NCBI GenBank assembly: GCA_041908445.1
Contig: JAYRFK010000075.1
Location: forward strand, 70,503 to 134,502
Source of the DNA: Acidimicrobiales bacterium
GTDB taxonomy: Bacteria > Actinomycetota > Acidimicrobiia > Acidimicrobiales > DATDAH01
Direction: 5' to 3'
Length of the DNA stretch: 64,000 nucleotides
Each line of letters opens with the position of its first letter. Position 1 is the first letter of the stretch. The translations under genes were made by a program, and so were the position numbers. Of this stretch, positions 62,615 to 64,000 are shown in pieces. The notes under the pieces are model-generated. The model did not search any database and had not been told where the DNA came from. It saw nothing but the letters and a program-made list of their open reading frames with translations.

Positions 62615-63181
62615 TCACCCGTCGGTGGGGGGCAGATCCTCCGGCGTGTCCGCGTCGGCGAGGGCGGCGGGGTCGAGACCGGCCACCAGCACGCCCGGCA
62701 CCTGGTCCGCCGGCCGCTGCAGCGAGCGCTCGCCCGCCGTGAAGGCCGCCGCCCAGTGGTGGGCCCCGGTGCGCCGGTAGGCGGCGTGGAGCAACTGGCG
62801 CCACCCGCCGCTCTCCGGTGCGGCCCACAGCGCCTCCGGGGCACCGTCGAGGGCGGCGGCGACCGCCCGCACCGCCCCCGGCGAGGGGGCGAGCAGGTCG
62901 CAGGGCAGGAGCACGACCACCTCGTGGCGAGCCGCGTGCAGGGCGGTGACGAGCGCGCCCAGCGGGCCGGCGCCCGGGTGCTCGTCGGCGACCACGGCCA
63001 GGCCCAGGTCGGCCAGCGCCGGGGCGTCGCCCCCCACGACGAGCACCTCGCCGGCGCCGGCCGCGTCGAGGGCCTCCACCGCCCGCAGGACGAGCGGGCG
63101 CCCGCCGACCTCGAGCAGCGCCTTGTCCCTCCCCATGCGGCGGCTGGCGCCACCGGCGAGGATGACACCGGTGAAGGTCAG
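62615..63181 (-). CDS. mobA: MobA-like NTP transferase (molybdenum cofactor guanylyltransferase family)
   Basis: The conserved LAGGASRRMGRDKALL motif begins upstream of the first ATG (63136). The only in-frame start-like codon before it is CTG 63181, which overlaps the upstream TGA. See findings. Confidence 0.65.
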   Translation of the reverse strand: MTFTGVILAGGASRRMGRDKALLEVGGRPLVLRAVEALDAAGAGEVLVVGGDAPALADLGLAVVADEHPGAGPLGALVTALHAARHEVVVLLPCDLLAPSPGAVRAVAAALDGAPEALWAAPESGGWRQLLHAAYRRTGAHHWAAAFTAGERSLQRPADQVPGVLVAGLDPAALADADTPEDLPPTDG

Positions 63182-64000
63182 GCGATGCCCCCGTAGACCG
63201 CGTCGGTCCCCCGGGACTCACCGTGGCCGGCGACGGCGTCGGCGAGGTCGGCCAGGAACCGGTCGGCGACGGCCGCGTGACCCGGCGAGACCATCACGTG
63301 CAGGCCCCCCTGCTGCCGGTCGAGCTTCCACCCCCGGTCGTCCATGACGTCACCGATGGCGCCGATGTCGTCGGTCGACGACGAGAACTCGAACACGGAC
63401 AGGTCGGGGTCCCCGGTGACGGCGAGCCCGGGCAGTGCCTCGATGCCGGCCTGGAAGCGGCGGGTCGTGTCGCGGACGACCTCGGCCAGGCGCAGGTAGC
63501 CCGCCTCGCCGAGGTACCGGATCGCCGCCCACGCGCCGGCGATCGGCGCGGCCGGGCGGGTGCCGGCGGTCGTCGCCGAGCCGTAGAGCCCGCCGGGCCA
63601 GTCGTCGAAGAGGAAGAACTGGTGTTGGAGCAGCTCGCGGGAGCGGTGCAGCAGCACGGAGGCGCCCTTGAACGTGTAGCCGTACTTGTGCACGTCGGCC
63701 GACAGCGACGTCACGCCGGGCACCCGGAGGTCCCAGGCCGGCACCGGCTCGCCGAGGCGCTCCCAGAACGGCAGCAGCCACCCACCGAGGCACGCGTCGA
63801 CGTGGCAGAGCAGGCCCCGCTCCTCGGCCAGGGCGGCCAGCTCGGTGATCGGGTCGATGACCCCGTAGGGGTAGCAGGGGGCGGAGCCGACGACGAGCGC
63901 CGTCCGGTCGTCGACGGCGTCGGCCACCGCGGCGACGTCGAGGCGCAGGTCGTCGCCCACCGGGACGACCACGCGCTCGACGTCGAGGTACTTGCACGCC
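63178..64000 (-). CDS. PLP-dependent group II decarboxylase / sphingosine-1-phosphate-lyase-like protein, N-terminus outside window
   Basis: It contains the PLP-lysine motif SADVHKYG. The ORF is still open at the window edge. Confidence 0.7.
   Translation of the reverse strand, partial: ACKYLDVERVVVPVGDDLRLDVAAVADAVDDRTALVVGSAPCYPYGVIDPITELAALAEERGLLCHVDACLGGWLLPFWERLGEPVPAWDLRVPGVTSLSADVHKYGYTFKGASVLLHRSRELLQHQFFLFDDWPGGLYGSATTAGTRPAAPIAGAWAAIRYLGEAGYLRLAEVVRDTTRRFQAGIEALPGLAVTGDPDLSVFEFSSSTDDIGAIGDVMDDRGWKLDRQQGGLHVMVSPGHAAVADRFLADLADAVAGHGESRGTDAVYGGIA

Noticed and set aside
1-64000. Looked for tRNA, rRNA and CRISPR arrays.
   Set aside because: I found no T-loop/acceptor-like GGTTCGAATCC-type motifs in spacers, no rRNA-like stretches, and no regularly spaced direct repeats beyond the two-unit tandem at 50135-50296.

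Overview
This is a high-GC actinobacterial chromosomal segment; the Pup-proteasome genes place it in Actinomycetota, and finer taxonomy cannot be decided from this window. I call about 65 protein genes, mostly on the minus strand, and at least 13 junctions are 4-nt start/stop overlaps (GTGA/ATGA). I saw no rRNA, tRNA or CRISPR array.

**Left third (1-17.2 kb).** This is a compact, complete Pup-proteasome locus: mpa, dop, pup, prcB, prcA, pafA, pafB, pafC, then lepB. It carries two non-canonical insertions. A Tat-exported PhoX/DUF839-like propeller sits between pup and prcB, and a DUF3866-like gene sits between pafA and pafBC. Across a divergently transcribed ferredoxin gene from mpa lies a tightly coupled minus-strand operon. 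It encodes three small membrane proteins, a ThiS/MoaD-type beta-grasp protein ending GGAA, a TtuA-type tRNA 2-thiolase, TrmI and a MarP-like protease. An orphan Lon N-domain protein follows.

**Middle (17-45 kb).**
- Duplicated envelope genes (2 GNAT, 2 GT-C) and PBP4.
- A split ADP-forming acetyl-CoA synthetase.
- A sulfatase / TetR / GlcNAc-6-sulfatase-like / nagA cluster, and a FIST protein.
- tkt-tal-pgl without zwf/opcA, and TerC.
- A TPP riboswitch controlling a ykoF-like gene plus thiXYZ-like genes.
- fbiC overlapping a LOG-family gene.

**Right (45-64 kb).**
- A small accessory islet: an HNH/DUF222 element between two paralogous lipoprotein genes, plus an Xis-like HTH gene.
- Glycolate oxidase glcDEF.
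- A minimal McrBC-like GTPase pair.
- typA, a GH13 glucosidase, rnd, a rhodanese, a mobA-like gene and a PLP decarboxylase cut by the window end.

**Most interesting candidates.**
- The stripped-down McrBC-like module.
- The ubiquitin-like sulfur-carrier/TtuA operon in the neighbourhood of the Pup system.
- The DUF3866 gene inside the paf operon.
- Several unexplained DNA repeats: a roughly 60-nt element present at two loci, a tandem hairpin repeat, and a 44-nt palindrome inside glcF.

**Limits.** All family calls rest on motif recognition by eye. Start codons were chosen by hand and frame-checked against the ORF track.
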